Below are positions 45,268-55,766 of a stretch of 59,694 nucleotides of DNA, one piece after another; positions within the stretch are counted from its first letter, which is position 1; each line of letters starts with the position of its first letter. The notes under the pieces are model-generated. The model was not told where the DNA came from. It did no database searches and saw only the letters and a list, made by a program, of their open reading frames with translations. The translations under genes and the position numbers were made by a program. Source of the DNA: an uncultured Fibrobacteraceae bacterium (GTDB taxonomy: Bacteria; Krumholzibacteriota; Krumholzibacteriia; LZORAL124-64-63); the NCBI GenBank assembly GCA_964646035.1, contig CAZYDJ010000003.1, forward strand, positions 1 through 59,694. Direction: 5' to 3'.

Positions 45268-46566
45268 ATGATGACACGTTCCGACAAGCGCGACCTGCGG
45301 CGGTTCATCGCCGTCTTCGCCTGCGGGGCGGCGCTCGGCCTGATGGCTCCCGCCGCACTGGCCGGTTCGGCGCTGAATTTCCTCTACGGCGAGCCTGAGA
45401 CATTCCTCGGCGCCGAGATCAACGCCATGGGGAGCACCGGAGCCGCGGTTTTCCGCGGCGGCGCTTCCAACGTCCTGAACCCCGCAATGCTGGCCGACGT
45501 CGAGGGATTCCGCATCGATGCGGGGCTGTCCCTCGACCAGCGCCACGAGGATAGGTTCACCCCGTTGTGGGACAGCTTCGGCAACTATGTTGTCGATACC
45601 GCGATCGCATCCAACCGCGAGCACGGTTTCGGAACCGGATTCGGCTTCGCCGCCGATCTGGAGGGTTACGGCGTGCCTTTGGCCTGCGGCGTGTCCCTTA
45701 CCGACCGCTATTCGTTCGGATACGATTTCCAGGAGGACATCCGCAACCCGACGACGTATACCGACGGGCGCGACCTCATTATCGAGGAGAGGGAGTTGGA
45801 TGTCGCCGGCACCCTGCGTGATCTCTCGCTGGGCCTGGCCTATGCATCGGATCCCCGTTTCTCGTTCGGCGCCGCGGTGCATTACGCCTTCGGCAACCGT
45901 GACGAGCATCGTCTGTCGCGCGACTACGAGACCCCGGCCAACAGCACCGACGAGCGCCAGGAGTTCGACATGGACGGTGTCAACTTCTCCCTCGGCGCGC
46001 GGTTCACGCCGGACGACCGGCTGACCTTCGGCTTCTCCTGGGAAACCCCGCTGACCGTCGACGGCGACACCGACACGACGATCACGCCGTACTCCGGTGC
46101 CCGCGAGGTCTATTCCGGCACGGCCGAGGTCGAGTATCCTTCCCGGTACAGTTTCGGGATGGCCTACTATCCCCGCAACGAGTTGCGGACCGTGTTCACG
46201 GTCGATATGGTCATTTCCAACTGGAGCGACCTGACCGATAACCGTTTCGCCGAGGATCCGGTCCTCGAGGATACCTACGACGTGCGGATCGGACTGCAGC
46301 ACACCTTCTACAACGGTGTGCCGATGCGCTTCGGCTTCCGGCACGTGGACAGCTACGCCGACGTCGAGACCGGCCGCTCCTCCTTCTCGGCGGGCATCGG
46401 CAAGCCGCTGGCGAAGGGCATGATCGATGTCTCGGTCGAGCTGGGCAAGGTCTCCTTCGTCCAGGAACATTGGTTCGATTATCCCGCGGGATACGAATCC
46501 GCGGAGAGCGCCCGGGTCGAGGAGACCCACTTCCGGCTGGGCGTAGGTTACGTCCTGGAATTCTAG
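45268..46566 (+). CDS. FadL/PorV-like outer-membrane beta-barrel (second copy)
   Basis: Signal peptide ...PAALAGS. ...INAMGSTGAAVFRGGASNVLNPAMLA... C-terminus is ...FRLGVGYVLEF. Confidence 0.6.
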   Translation: MMTRSDKRDLRRFIAVFACGAALGLMAPAALAGSALNFLYGEPETFLGAEINAMGSTGAAVFRGGASNVLNPAMLADVEGFRIDAGLSLDQRHEDRFTPLWDSFGNYVVDTAIASNREHGFGTGFGFAADLEGYGVPLACGVSLTDRYSFGYDFQEDIRNPTTYTDGRDLIIEERELDVAGTLRDLSLGLAYASDPRFSFGAAVHYAFGNRDEHRLSRDYETPANSTDERQEFDMDGVNFSLGARFTPDDRLTFGFSWETPLTVDGDTDTTITPYSGAREVYSGTAEVEYPSRYSFGMAYYPRNELRTVFTVDMVISNWSDLTDNRFAEDPVLEDTYDVRIGLQHTFYNGVPMRFGFRHVDSYADVETGRSSFSAGIGKPLAKGMIDVSVELGKVSFVQEHWFDYPAGYESAESARVEETHFRLGVGYVLEF

Positions 46567-46629
46567 GATCACCGGCCTGCCGCCGGCTCAGGCGGACGGC
46601 CGGATCTTCCTCCCGGACAGGGGTGCGGG

Positions 46630-47970
46630 ATGTTCCCGCTCCGATCGTGCGGCCGCCGAAGCCGCTGCCGGCCGGTTCCGATTCCGGCGATCTGCCTGGT
46701 GGTCCTGGCCGCGGGTTGCGGCGGACCCGCCGCGCCGCCCGAACTCCTGCAGTCGCCGCTCGGCGACGTGACCGGAGCGGTGGTGCGCTGGACGACTTCC
46801 CGGCCTGCGCGGGCCGCCGTCCGCTACGGATTCGTTTCCGGTCGTTACGATCGGTTGGCCTATCCCGCCGCGGGCGGGGGAGACGACAAGGCCCGGCGGA
46901 CTGAACACGCGGTGCCGCTGCTGGCGCTTCCGCCGCGGACTCCGGTCTTCATCCGCAGGGTGAACACCGAGCCGGGGCTGGCCGCGGCCGTGGCCGCGCA
47001 GGAGACTCTGTTCTTCGCCGAGCCTCCGGCCTGTGCCCGGTTGCTGCGGTTCACCTCGGTGGATGTGCAGTTCGGCGACGCCCTGGTCCTGGAATGTCCC
47101 TCGGGAGCGGTTGTCCTGATCGACGCCGGTGATCCCGAGGAGGGCCGCGCCGGCGAAGCGGCTCCCGCGCATCTGATGCGCTGGCTCGATGACCACGGAG
47201 TCGATGGTTTGGCCGCGGCGGCCCTGACCCACGCGCATCGCGATCACGTCGGCGGTTTCGTCCGCGGCGGTATCGACGGCGTGGGGGTGGTCGACACCCG
47301 CGGCATCGGGGTTTTCCTGGACCTGCCCGCCCACTCGGGGGAGCGTCCGGACCACCGGACCCTGGTTGCGCGGCTGGAGGAACTCGGCGTACCCCGTCTG
47401 GCCGTTGCCCCGGGGATGACCGACGGATCGCATCCCGACCGTCTCGGCTGGGATCCCGCCCTGAGGGTTGAAGTGCTCCACGGCGGAGCCGAACCGGGCT
47501 GGAGCGATCTGAACAATGACTCGTTGGCCCTGCGCGTCGGCTACGGCGACGTGGACTTCCTGACCGTCGGGGACTGTGAGGCGGCGGCCGAAGAGCTGAT
47601 GCTCGAACGGTTTCCGGGGAAACTGGCGGGGATCGAGGTGCTCAAGGCGGGACATCACGGCCGCTCCGACGCCAGCGGCGGGTTGTTCCTCGACGCGGTG
47701 CTGCCCCGCACGGCTCTGGTGACGGTGGCATTTGCGGCTTATCGTGAAGGTGTAGCCGCGGGGGCCGAAGCCACCGCTCCGGTCCTGGCCCGGTTCGCGG
47801 CGCGGGGAACGGACGTTTTCCGGTTCGATGACGCGGAGCCGCTCGGCGAGCCCGCCGACACGCGAACTTTCTGGCATACGACCCTGGTCACCGACGGGGT
47901 CAGCTACGAGATCCGATTGGAACCGTCGGTCTGGGGTCTAACGAGATCCATCCCGGACGGACAGCCCTGA
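46630..47970 (+). CDS. Lipoprotein with ComEC/Rec2-type metallo-beta-lactamase domain
   Basis: Lipobox LAAGC. N-terminal beta-sandwich-like ...VVRWTTSRPARAAVRYG... MBL motifs ...VLIDAGD...LTHAHRDHVGG...LKAGHHGRSD... Confidence 0.75.
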   Translation: MFPLRSCGRRSRCRPVPIPAICLVVLAAGCGGPAAPPELLQSPLGDVTGAVVRWTTSRPARAAVRYGFVSGRYDRLAYPAAGGGDDKARRTEHAVPLLALPPRTPVFIRRVNTEPGLAAAVAAQETLFFAEPPACARLLRFTSVDVQFGDALVLECPSGAVVLIDAGDPEEGRAGEAAPAHLMRWLDDHGVDGLAAAALTHAHRDHVGGFVRGGIDGVGVVDTRGIGVFLDLPAHSGERPDHRTLVARLEELGVPRLAVAPGMTDGSHPDRLGWDPALRVEVLHGGAEPGWSDLNNDSLALRVGYGDVDFLTVGDCEAAAEELMLERFPGKLAGIEVLKAGHHGRSDASGGLFLDAVLPRTALVTVAFAAYREGVAAGAEATAPVLARFAARGTDVFRFDDAEPLGEPADTRTFWHTTLVTDGVSYEIRLEPSVWGLTRSIPDGQP

Positions 47971-47981
47971 GGAGAGGGGAT

Positions 47982-49721
47982 ATGAACCTGATGCGCAACG
48001 CCCTCCGCAACTCCGTGCCGCTGGCGGCGGCGCTGGTCCTGGCGGCGACGATCGTTTCCTTGCCCGGGACCGCCCTCTGCGGCGACGCCGACCAGGTGCG
48101 GCTGCACCTGATATGGACCAACGACGTGCACGGCCACGTCGCTCCCGAACCCGCCCGCTTCATGAACCCCAATTTCCCGCCCCCGCTGGGCGGCGGTGCG
48201 TCCATGGCGGCCTACATCAAGGGTATCCGGGAAGAAGCAGCCGCCGCCGGCGACGACGTCCTGCTGCTCGACGCCGGCGACTTCTTCCAGGGCGCTCCGG
48301 TCGGCTCCAAGACCCGCGGCGACGCCATGGTCGATTTCTATGACACCCTCGAATACGACGCCCTGGTTCCGGGCAACCATGATTTCGACATGGGACGCGA
48401 CAACACCGAGCGTCTGGCCGGGATGATGGACGTGCCCTGGGTCTGCGCCAACCTGCGCGAGGAGAGCACCGGCGAGATCGTCTCCTGGTGTCGTCCGACC
48501 CTGATGATCGAGAAGGCCGGGCTGAAGATCGGCGTCATCGGCATCATCACTCCCGGAACCGTCATCATGTCCTTCCCCGACAACATCAAGGGCTTGATCT
48601 TCGACCCCATGGCGCCGGTGATCGAACGCTATCGCGACGAATTGCTGGAGCAGGGAGCCGACCTGATCTGCCTGCTGATCCACGAGGGCCTGCCCTATGA
48701 CAAGGACAAGGCCTGGCGACAGTTGGCCAAGTCCGGCGATGAAGCCGACGACAACTCCCGCCAGGACTCGGGCGGGGCCTACGGCAGCGTCACCGGCGGC
48801 GCCATGGACCTGATGGAGCTGATGAACGTCGTTCCCGGCATCGACTTCGCCGTCGGCGGGCATTCCCACGTGGGATACCAGGAACCCTGGATCGATCCCG
48901 TCAACCACACTCTCTGCTTCGAGACCTACGGCAACGGATCGAGCGTCGGCCACTGCATCCTGAAGATCGATCGGCCCACCAAGCAGATCATCGGCTACGA
49001 CGCTCCGCATGATCGCGGAGTTCTCGTCACCCTCTTCGAGGACGAGTTGTGGCCAGACGCCGAGATGACAGCGGTCCTGCGTCCCCACATCGAGAAGACC
49101 GACGCCGAGATGGACGCCATTCTCGGCAGCTCCAGCATCAACCTCAATCGCGGCGGCCCCGGCAGCAACCTGGTGGGCAACCTGGTCACCGACGCGATGT
49201 GCGAGTATTTCGACGCTGATTTCTCGTTCCAGAACCTGGGTGGACTGCGCGCCAACATCTCGAGCGGCAACATCACCGCCCGTGACGTCTTCTCGGTCCT
49301 GCCCTTCGGCAACGAACTGGTCCTGGTGCAGATGAAGGGTTCGATGTTGCGCCGCATCGTCGAGCGGAAGGTCCGAGGCATGTCCGGCGGCATCTGCGTA
49401 TCCGGCGTGGAGGTCACGTTCAACAAGAATCGCCCCGACATGGACCGGGTCTGCAGCTTCCTGGTCGGCGGCGAGCCCCTGGATCACGAGAAGATCTACA
49501 GGGTCGTCTGCACCAGCTTCCTGATGGAGGGGAACAGCGGCCTCGATTTCCTCACCCAGATCAGCGCCGAGAACATCGAACTGACGCAGATCACGACCGC
49601 CGAATCGGTCGAGCGTTATCTCAAGCTGCACAGCCCCGTCCGCCCGCGGATCGACAACCGCTGGGTCGAGGACGGAAAGGCCGAACAGCAGCCTTATCTC
49701 GCGGTCCGGTACCTGCCCTGA
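47982..49721 (+). CDS. Secreted bifunctional metallophosphatase / 5'-nucleotidase
   Basis: Signal peptide. ...TNDVHGH...LLLDAGDFFQG...VPGNHDFD...GGHSH... plus a 5'-nucleotidase C-terminal-like ...FQNLGGLRA...FSVLPFGN... Confidence 0.85.
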   Translation: MNLMRNALRNSVPLAAALVLAATIVSLPGTALCGDADQVRLHLIWTNDVHGHVAPEPARFMNPNFPPPLGGGASMAAYIKGIREEAAAAGDDVLLLDAGDFFQGAPVGSKTRGDAMVDFYDTLEYDALVPGNHDFDMGRDNTERLAGMMDVPWVCANLREESTGEIVSWCRPTLMIEKAGLKIGVIGIITPGTVIMSFPDNIKGLIFDPMAPVIERYRDELLEQGADLICLLIHEGLPYDKDKAWRQLAKSGDEADDNSRQDSGGAYGSVTGGAMDLMELMNVVPGIDFAVGGHSHVGYQEPWIDPVNHTLCFETYGNGSSVGHCILKIDRPTKQIIGYDAPHDRGVLVTLFEDELWPDAEMTAVLRPHIEKTDAEMDAILGSSSINLNRGGPGSNLVGNLVTDAMCEYFDADFSFQNLGGLRANISSGNITARDVFSVLPFGNELVLVQMKGSMLRRIVERKVRGMSGGICVSGVEVTFNKNRPDMDRVCSFLVGGEPLDHEKIYRVVCTSFLMEGNSGLDFLTQISAENIELTQITTAESVERYLKLHSPVRPRIDNRWVEDGKAEQQPYLAVRYLP

Positions 49722-49868
49722 CATCGGCCCGAAATCGTTGGCTCCTTTTGCCTCAAGCCCGCCCGGGACCGACCGATACAAGGTTCCAGGCGGGCTTCGG
49801 TCCGCCGGCCCAGAAGCCGCAAAACCGCCCGGCACGGATGCCGGGGTTGAAAGCCGAAGGAGCAGAAG

Positions 49869-51116
<1,248 letters not shown>

Positions 51117-51123
51117 CGGATCA

Positions 51124-51176
51124 GCGTTCCCCCCCGGAACGCCGAGAGGGACGATGCCGTCGGCGTCGTCCCTCTC
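51124..51176. terminator. Two tandem hairpins between convergent genes (likely bidirectional terminator)
   Basis: GCGTTCC-CCCCC-GGAACGC (51124-51142) and GAGAGGGACGA-11 nt-TCGTCCCTCTC (51144-51176). Confidence 0.5.
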
Positions 51177-51204
51177 TCAATTCCAGCATCATTCCCGGCC
51201 GGGG

Positions 51205-51549
51205 CTACGGCCAGTAGAGAATGCGTCCGCAGCTCTCGCAGTGCAGCACCTTGTTCTCGTTGACCGTCGAGGTGAAGGAGAAGGGGATGTTGGCGAAACA
51301 GCCGGTGCAGAAGTTGTTCAGAACCGGGACCACGGCCCGGTCGTAGCGGGTGGCGAGTCGCTGGTAGTAGCCGCGGTGGCGGGACTCGATCTGGCCGAGC
51401 AGGTCTTCCCGGGCCTGCTTCAGCTTCTGCAGGCCGGGCATCTCGAAACCCATGTCCTGTTCCTGCTTCGACTGGAAATCATCTTCGGCCTCGAGGACCA
51501 TCTGGTCGAGATCCTGAAGCGTGACGAGGAACTGCACCTGCTGATTCAT
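51205..51549 (-). CDS. Coiled-coil + C4 zinc-ribbon protein (short COG1579-like)
   Basis: ...CTGCFANIP...CESCGRILY. The N-terminal half is heptad-rich. Confidence 0.65.
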   Translation of the reverse strand: MNQQVQFLVTLQDLDQMVLEAEDDFQSKQEQDMGFEMPGLQKLKQAREDLLGQIESRHRGYYQRLATRYDRAVVPVLNNFCTGCFANIPFSFTSTVNENKVLHCESCGRILYWP

Positions 51550-51553
51550 TTGC

Positions 51554-52015
51554 CTAGCCCTCCATCAATACCTGGCGGAAACCATCGTAGTCCTCGGCGG
51601 CCGAGGCGGCGTCGCGGAGTTCTGCGTTCTGGAGTTTGTCGGTCAGCACTGCCAGCGACTGGATGTACTGGTTGCCGGAATCCTGTGGAGGAGCCACGAG
51701 CATGAAGAACAGATGCGTCGGCTCACCGTCGATGGAATCGAAGGCGACACCCTTCCGGGAGCGGGCCGTGACGATGACCAGGTCCTGGGTGGCCAGGGTG
51801 CGTCCGTGGGGGAAGGCGACGCCGGGCCCGACAGCGGTGCTGCCGAGGGCTTCGCGGTTGATCAGCATCTGCAACAGCGTTTCCTTATCCTGGATGGAAG
51901 AGCCGGAAACCAGAACATCGACCATTTCCGCGAGAACGCCTTCCTTGTCGGAAGCGGCGAGGTCCTTGATGAAGAGATCAGGAGAAGTAAGTTCCAGGAC
52001 TGTCTGCATGTCCAT
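51554..52015 (-). CDS. PTS EIIA(Ntr)-like regulatory protein (PtsN family), paralog 2
   Basis: MDMQTVLELTSPDLFIKDL...GSTAVGPGVAFPHGRT (His site)...LFFMLVAPP... Internal ATG 52015; the track ORF extends to 52153. Confidence 0.8.
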   Translation of the reverse strand: MDMQTVLELTSPDLFIKDLAASDKEGVLAEMVDVLVSGSSIQDKETLLQMLINREALGSTAVGPGVAFPHGRTLATQDLVIVTARSRKGVAFDSIDGEPTHLFFMLVAPPQDSGNQYIQSLAVLTDKLQNAELRDAASAAEDYDGFRQVLMEG

Positions 52016-52110
52016 CAGGGAGACCACCTTGAGAACCGGGAGGAATTGTGCTACCACCACAACATCCGGTAACCTAAACAATAGGTCATCGATCCTCAAG
52101 CAACGATTTG

Positions 52111-52133
52111 GCGTCCGTGTCCAGAACGGACGC
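52111..52133. other. Hairpin in the divergent ptsN-like / rsgA intergenic region
   Basis: GCGTCCGT-GTCCAGA-ACGGACGC, 8-bp perfect stem. Confidence 0.3.
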
Positions 52134-52190
52134 GACAGGGAGTGATTCGACATAGTATCGCAACGGGAAGACGGGCCTGTCGTCGAGGGA

Positions 52191-53147
52191 GTGGTTCTGC
52201 GTGCCCAGAGCGGTCATTGCCGAGTAATCACTAGCGATGGCACGGTATACCACTGCCGTCTGCGCGGCCGTCTGAAGCAGGGACGGCAGGAGTCCCGCAC
52301 GGTGGCGGTGGCCGGCGATCGCGTCAGCTTCCGCACCGCTCCGGCCACCGACAGCAGCTTGCCCGCAGGGGTGATCGAAGAGATTCTGCCCCGCCGCAAC
52401 AAGATATCGAGATTCTCATCCCGCCGTGGCGGCAACCGTCTGGAACAGGTGATGATGGCCAATCTCGACCAGATGGTCGTCGTCCAATCGGTCCGCCGGC
52501 CGGATCCCGCCCAGGGATTCGTAGATCGCGTGCTGGCCGCCGCCGAGAAGTACGAGGTGGAGGGCGTCATCTGTCTGAACAAATGCGATCTGGACCCTGC
52601 CGGCGCCGCTGATCCCCGGTGGGACTACTACGGCGGACTCGGGTACCGGATCCTGCGCACCTCGGCCGAGACCGGCGCGGGAGTCGACGAGCTGCGCGAT
52701 GTCCTGCGGGGGAGGATATCCCTGTTGCTGGGCGCTTCCGGCGTCGGCAAGAGTTCTCTGCTGCAGTTGATCCAGCCCGGGCTGAAGCTGCGCACCGGCG
52801 AAGTCACCGACAAGACCGGGCTCGGCCGCCACATCACCACCCGCACCGACCTCTTCGCCCTTGACGGCGGCGGATTCATTGCCGATTCACCCGGTATCCG
52901 CGGCTTCGATCCCGGGAACGTCGAACCGGCGGATCTGCGCCTCTACTTCCCCGACATGGAGGAGCCGGGACTGCACTGCCGCTTTTCGACCTGCCTGCAC
53001 CGGGATGAGCCTGACTGCGGGGTCAAGCTCGCCGTGGCTTCGGGGGAACTGCCGGCTTGGCGGCACGAGGCGTACCTCGGCCTGCTGCGGGATATCGAGG
53101 GAAGGGATTCGGGCCGGGGAGGGCGTCAGGATACCAGCCGGCGGTAG
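52191..53147 (+). CDS. rsgA: Ribosome small-subunit-dependent GTPase A
   Basis: GTG start. OB-fold N-terminus. NKCDL, GASGVGKSSL, DSPGIRGF. Zinc finger CRFSTCLHRDEPDCGV. Confidence 0.92.
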   Translation: MVLRAQSGHCRVITSDGTVYHCRLRGRLKQGRQESRTVAVAGDRVSFRTAPATDSSLPAGVIEEILPRRNKISRFSSRRGGNRLEQVMMANLDQMVVVQSVRRPDPAQGFVDRVLAAAEKYEVEGVICLNKCDLDPAGAADPRWDYYGGLGYRILRTSAETGAGVDELRDVLRGRISLLLGASGVGKSSLLQLIQPGLKLRTGEVTDKTGLGRHITTRTDLFALDGGGFIADSPGIRGFDPGNVEPADLRLYFPDMEEPGLHCRFSTCLHRDEPDCGVKLAVASGELPAWRHEAYLGLLRDIEGRDSGRGGRQDTSRR

Positions 53148-53368
53148 AACTCGACGGCTTCCAGGCTTTCGTGGAGCAATCTGTCCACTGCGCTGACACC
53201 GGTGGCGTGGCGGTAGTCCACTACCCGGTCCACGCGACGGGCCAGACGCCAGCCGGGAAGCGGGGCGCCGAGCAGTTCGGGCGACTTGGCTACTGTCTCG
53301 TAGTTGACCAGCGCGCTGAAGACCAGAGCGACAATGATCATGGCGGCATTCTGCATGATGCGCGTCAT
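53126..53368 (-). CDS. 80-aa hypothetical membrane-anchored protein
   Basis: ATG 5 nt after GGAGG. MTRIMQNAAMIIVALVFSALV... is a TM helix. The 3' end overlaps the rsgA 3' end by 22 nt. Confidence 0.45.
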   Translation of the reverse strand: MTRIMQNAAMIIVALVFSALVNYETVAKSPELLGAPLPGWRLARRVDRVVDYRHATGVSAVDRLLHESLEAVEFYRRLVS

Positions 53369-53421
53369 CTGAACCTCCGTTGCGCCGGACGGCTGCAACC
53401 GGGGTGCCAGGAGGCCTCAGG

Positions 53422-54576
53422 ATGGCGAGTTCTTCCCGAAAAGGTGTCAAACGTCTGATTTCGGGCTTGATCGCCCGTCTGTGGCGTAAGCCGGATCTCA
53501 CCCCGGAGCAGATCCTGGGCTGCGATCCGCAACGGATACTCATCGTCAGACAGCATAACCAGATGGGCGATATGGTCTGCGCCACGCCGTCGTTCCGGGC
53601 GTTGCGCGAAGCCTACCCGCGGGCCCGGATGGCGCTGGTCTGCTCGCCGGTCAACCGGGATGTCGTGCTGCATAATCCCCATCTGGACGAGATCTTCATC
53701 TACGACAAGCGGGCCTGTCGCAACCCGATGCGCTTGCTGGATTTTCTGCGGGTCCTGCGTCGCTTCCGACCCGATCTGGCCTTCGTGCTCAACAGCGTCT
53801 CGTTCTCGGTCACCAGCGCCGCCTTCGCCGCGATTTCGGGCGCCGACGCCATCGTCGGCGGCGACAGCCGGCCCTTCGGCTACGACATCAGCCGCCACGC
53901 CTTTTCCCTGGAGATGCCCTCGCGGCCGGAGCTCGACCGCCATGCCGTCGAGCATTGCCTCGCGCCCCTGGCGGCGATCGGCATCGACACCGACGATCTG
54001 GGCACGGTGGTGACGGCTTCGGATGCGGAGCGGGCGCGGGCGGCTGCGGTCATGAGGGAACTGCCGGGAGAGGGGCCGCTCTGGGTGATGCATCCCGGCG
54101 CCGGCAAGGTGCAGAATCTGTGGCCGGCCGATCGCTTCGCCGAGCTGGCCCTGCTCGCCGCCGCTGTCCCGGCCCGGGTGCTGGTGCTGCAGGGGCCGGC
54201 CGACGCCGAGGTGACGGCCGAATTCGAATCGGCTCTGCATGCGGCCGCCGGCGGATCCTGGCCGGCGGGAATCACGCTGGCTCCGCCGTCGCCGGTGGGC
54301 ACCTGTGTGGCTTTGCTGGAATCAGCGGACCGCTTTCTTTGTAACGATACCGGCCTGACCCATGTGGCGGGAGCGGTGGGAGTGCCTACACTGGCCTTGT
54401 TCGGGCCCACGGATCCGGAGCTCTGGCTGCCCCGCGCCGCGAACGTGGAATGCCTGCGCGGAGCGGACGGAGACCTCGCGTCCATCACCGCGGCAGCGGC
54501 GTGGGCCCGCTGGCGCGATCTGAAAGCCCGCGGAAACGATAACGAAACCGGAAATGACTTTGCAGCGGAGGATTGA
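53422..54576 (+). CDS. Family 9 glycosyltransferase (heptosyltransferase-like)
   Basis: ATG 6-7 nt after AGGAGG. ...ILIVRQHNQMGDMVCATPSFRALREAYP...FLCNDTGLTHVAGAVGVPTLALFGPT... are GT9 motifs. Confidence 0.85.
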   Translation: MASSSRKGVKRLISGLIARLWRKPDLTPEQILGCDPQRILIVRQHNQMGDMVCATPSFRALREAYPRARMALVCSPVNRDVVLHNPHLDEIFIYDKRACRNPMRLLDFLRVLRRFRPDLAFVLNSVSFSVTSAAFAAISGADAIVGGDSRPFGYDISRHAFSLEMPSRPELDRHAVEHCLAPLAAIGIDTDDLGTVVTASDAERARAAAVMRELPGEGPLWVMHPGAGKVQNLWPADRFAELALLAAAVPARVLVLQGPADAEVTAEFESALHAAAGGSWPAGITLAPPSPVGTCVALLESADRFLCNDTGLTHVAGAVGVPTLALFGPTDPELWLPRAANVECLRGADGDLASITAAAAWARWRDLKARGNDNETGNDFAAED

Positions 54577-55253
54577 GATTGGACATTCCCATTCTGATAG
54601 TGGTTCTGCTCTTCTCCATCATCGTGCACGAATGCGCCCACGGAGTGGCCGCCCTGCGCTTCGGAGACGACACGGCTTTGCGCATGGGGCGTCTGACCCT
54701 GAACCCCATCAAGCATATCGATCCTCTCGGAACGATCATAGTGCCGCTGCTGATGGCCCTCGCTCCCGGCGGGATGCTTTTCGGATGGGCCAAACCGGTG
54801 CCTGTCGATTCCGGGCGGTTCGCCAACCCCCGCCGCGATCAGGCCTTCGTCGCCGCGGCTGGCCCGGCCAGCAACCTGTTGCTGGCCCTGATCTGCTCGA
54901 TCGCCCTCGGCGTGGTGGCGGGTATCGCCCATTCCCGGATGTCGGGCTCCGGAGGCTCGCCGGTGGCTTTTCTCGAGTTCCTGCGGCTGCTGTTCTGGGA
55001 CGGCGTCCGTATCAACGTGCTGCTGGCCCTGTTCAACCTCATCCCGTTGCCGCCGCTGGACGGCAGCTGGATCCTCTTCGGGGTGCTCAGGGGAGAGGTC
55101 GCCGTCGGATACGCGCGTCTGCGCCCATACGGCTTCATCCTTTTGTTGGGATTGCTGTTCCTGGGGTTGGGCGGGTTCCTGGGCAGGGCTGTTTCCGGAG
55201 TCAGCGAGATCTTCCTGTCGGTAGCCTACCGGGTCGCCCTGATCGTTTCCTGA
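54573..55253 (+). CDS. M50-family (site-2 protease-like) membrane metallopeptidase
   Basis: HECAHG (HExxH), ...NLIPLPPLDG... The TTG start overlaps the GT9 stop. TTG 54579 is a better-spaced alternative. Confidence 0.85.
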   Translation: MRLDIPILIVVLLFSIIVHECAHGVAALRFGDDTALRMGRLTLNPIKHIDPLGTIIVPLLMALAPGGMLFGWAKPVPVDSGRFANPRRDQAFVAAAGPASNLLLALICSIALGVVAGIAHSRMSGSGGSPVAFLEFLRLLFWDGVRINVLLALFNLIPLPPLDGSWILFGVLRGEVAVGYARLRPYGFILLLGLLFLGLGGFLGRAVSGVSEIFLSVAYRVALIVS

Positions 55254-55358
55254 GCGACACTGCCAGACGCGACGAAGCCCCCGCCGCCGCGGAGGCCTCG
55301 TCCTCTTGTGCTCGGGCCCGCCCATCGGGTCCTGAGCCGGGCGCCTGTCTCGCCCTAC

Positions 55359-55766
55359 TTACTCGCGCCGGAAGTTCTTCGGCTCCTGGATCTCTACGTT
55401 CAGGAAGGCCGCGGCGCTCTCGTTGCCGGAATAGTCGACCGAGGTGACCATGTATTCGTTCCTGCACCCGGCCAACGGCGCGGAATGGACGTACCAGTTG
55501 TTGGGCTGGGGATCTTCGACCAGGGTGTAGCTGTTGTCCGCGACCCGGAAGTAGACCCGGAATCCCCTGAGATCGGCGTCCATGTTGTTGGGTTCCCACC
55601 GCAGGGTGAGGCCGCTGGAGTACACGGTCGCCATCAGCCCGGTCGGGACTGCGGGAGGAGCGGTATCCACGGCGGTGGGAGAATCACTGTCGCTGCTGCA
55701 GCCGGCCATAAGCGCGCCGCAGGCGATCAGGGCGATGATGATCAGATAATTCTTCTTGGCTGCCAC
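55359..55766 (-). CDS. Small lipoprotein with fibronectin-type-III-like domain
   Basis: GTG start 7 nt after AAGGAGG. Lipobox LMAGC. ...PAVPTGLMATVYSSGLTLRWEPN...GFRVYF... Confidence 0.7.
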   Translation of the reverse strand: MAAKKNYLIIIALIACGALMAGCSSDSDSPTAVDTAPPAVPTGLMATVYSSGLTLRWEPNNMDADLRGFRVYFRVADNSYTLVEDPQPNNWYVHSAPLAGCRNEYMVTSVDYSGNESAAAFLNVEIQEPKNFRRE

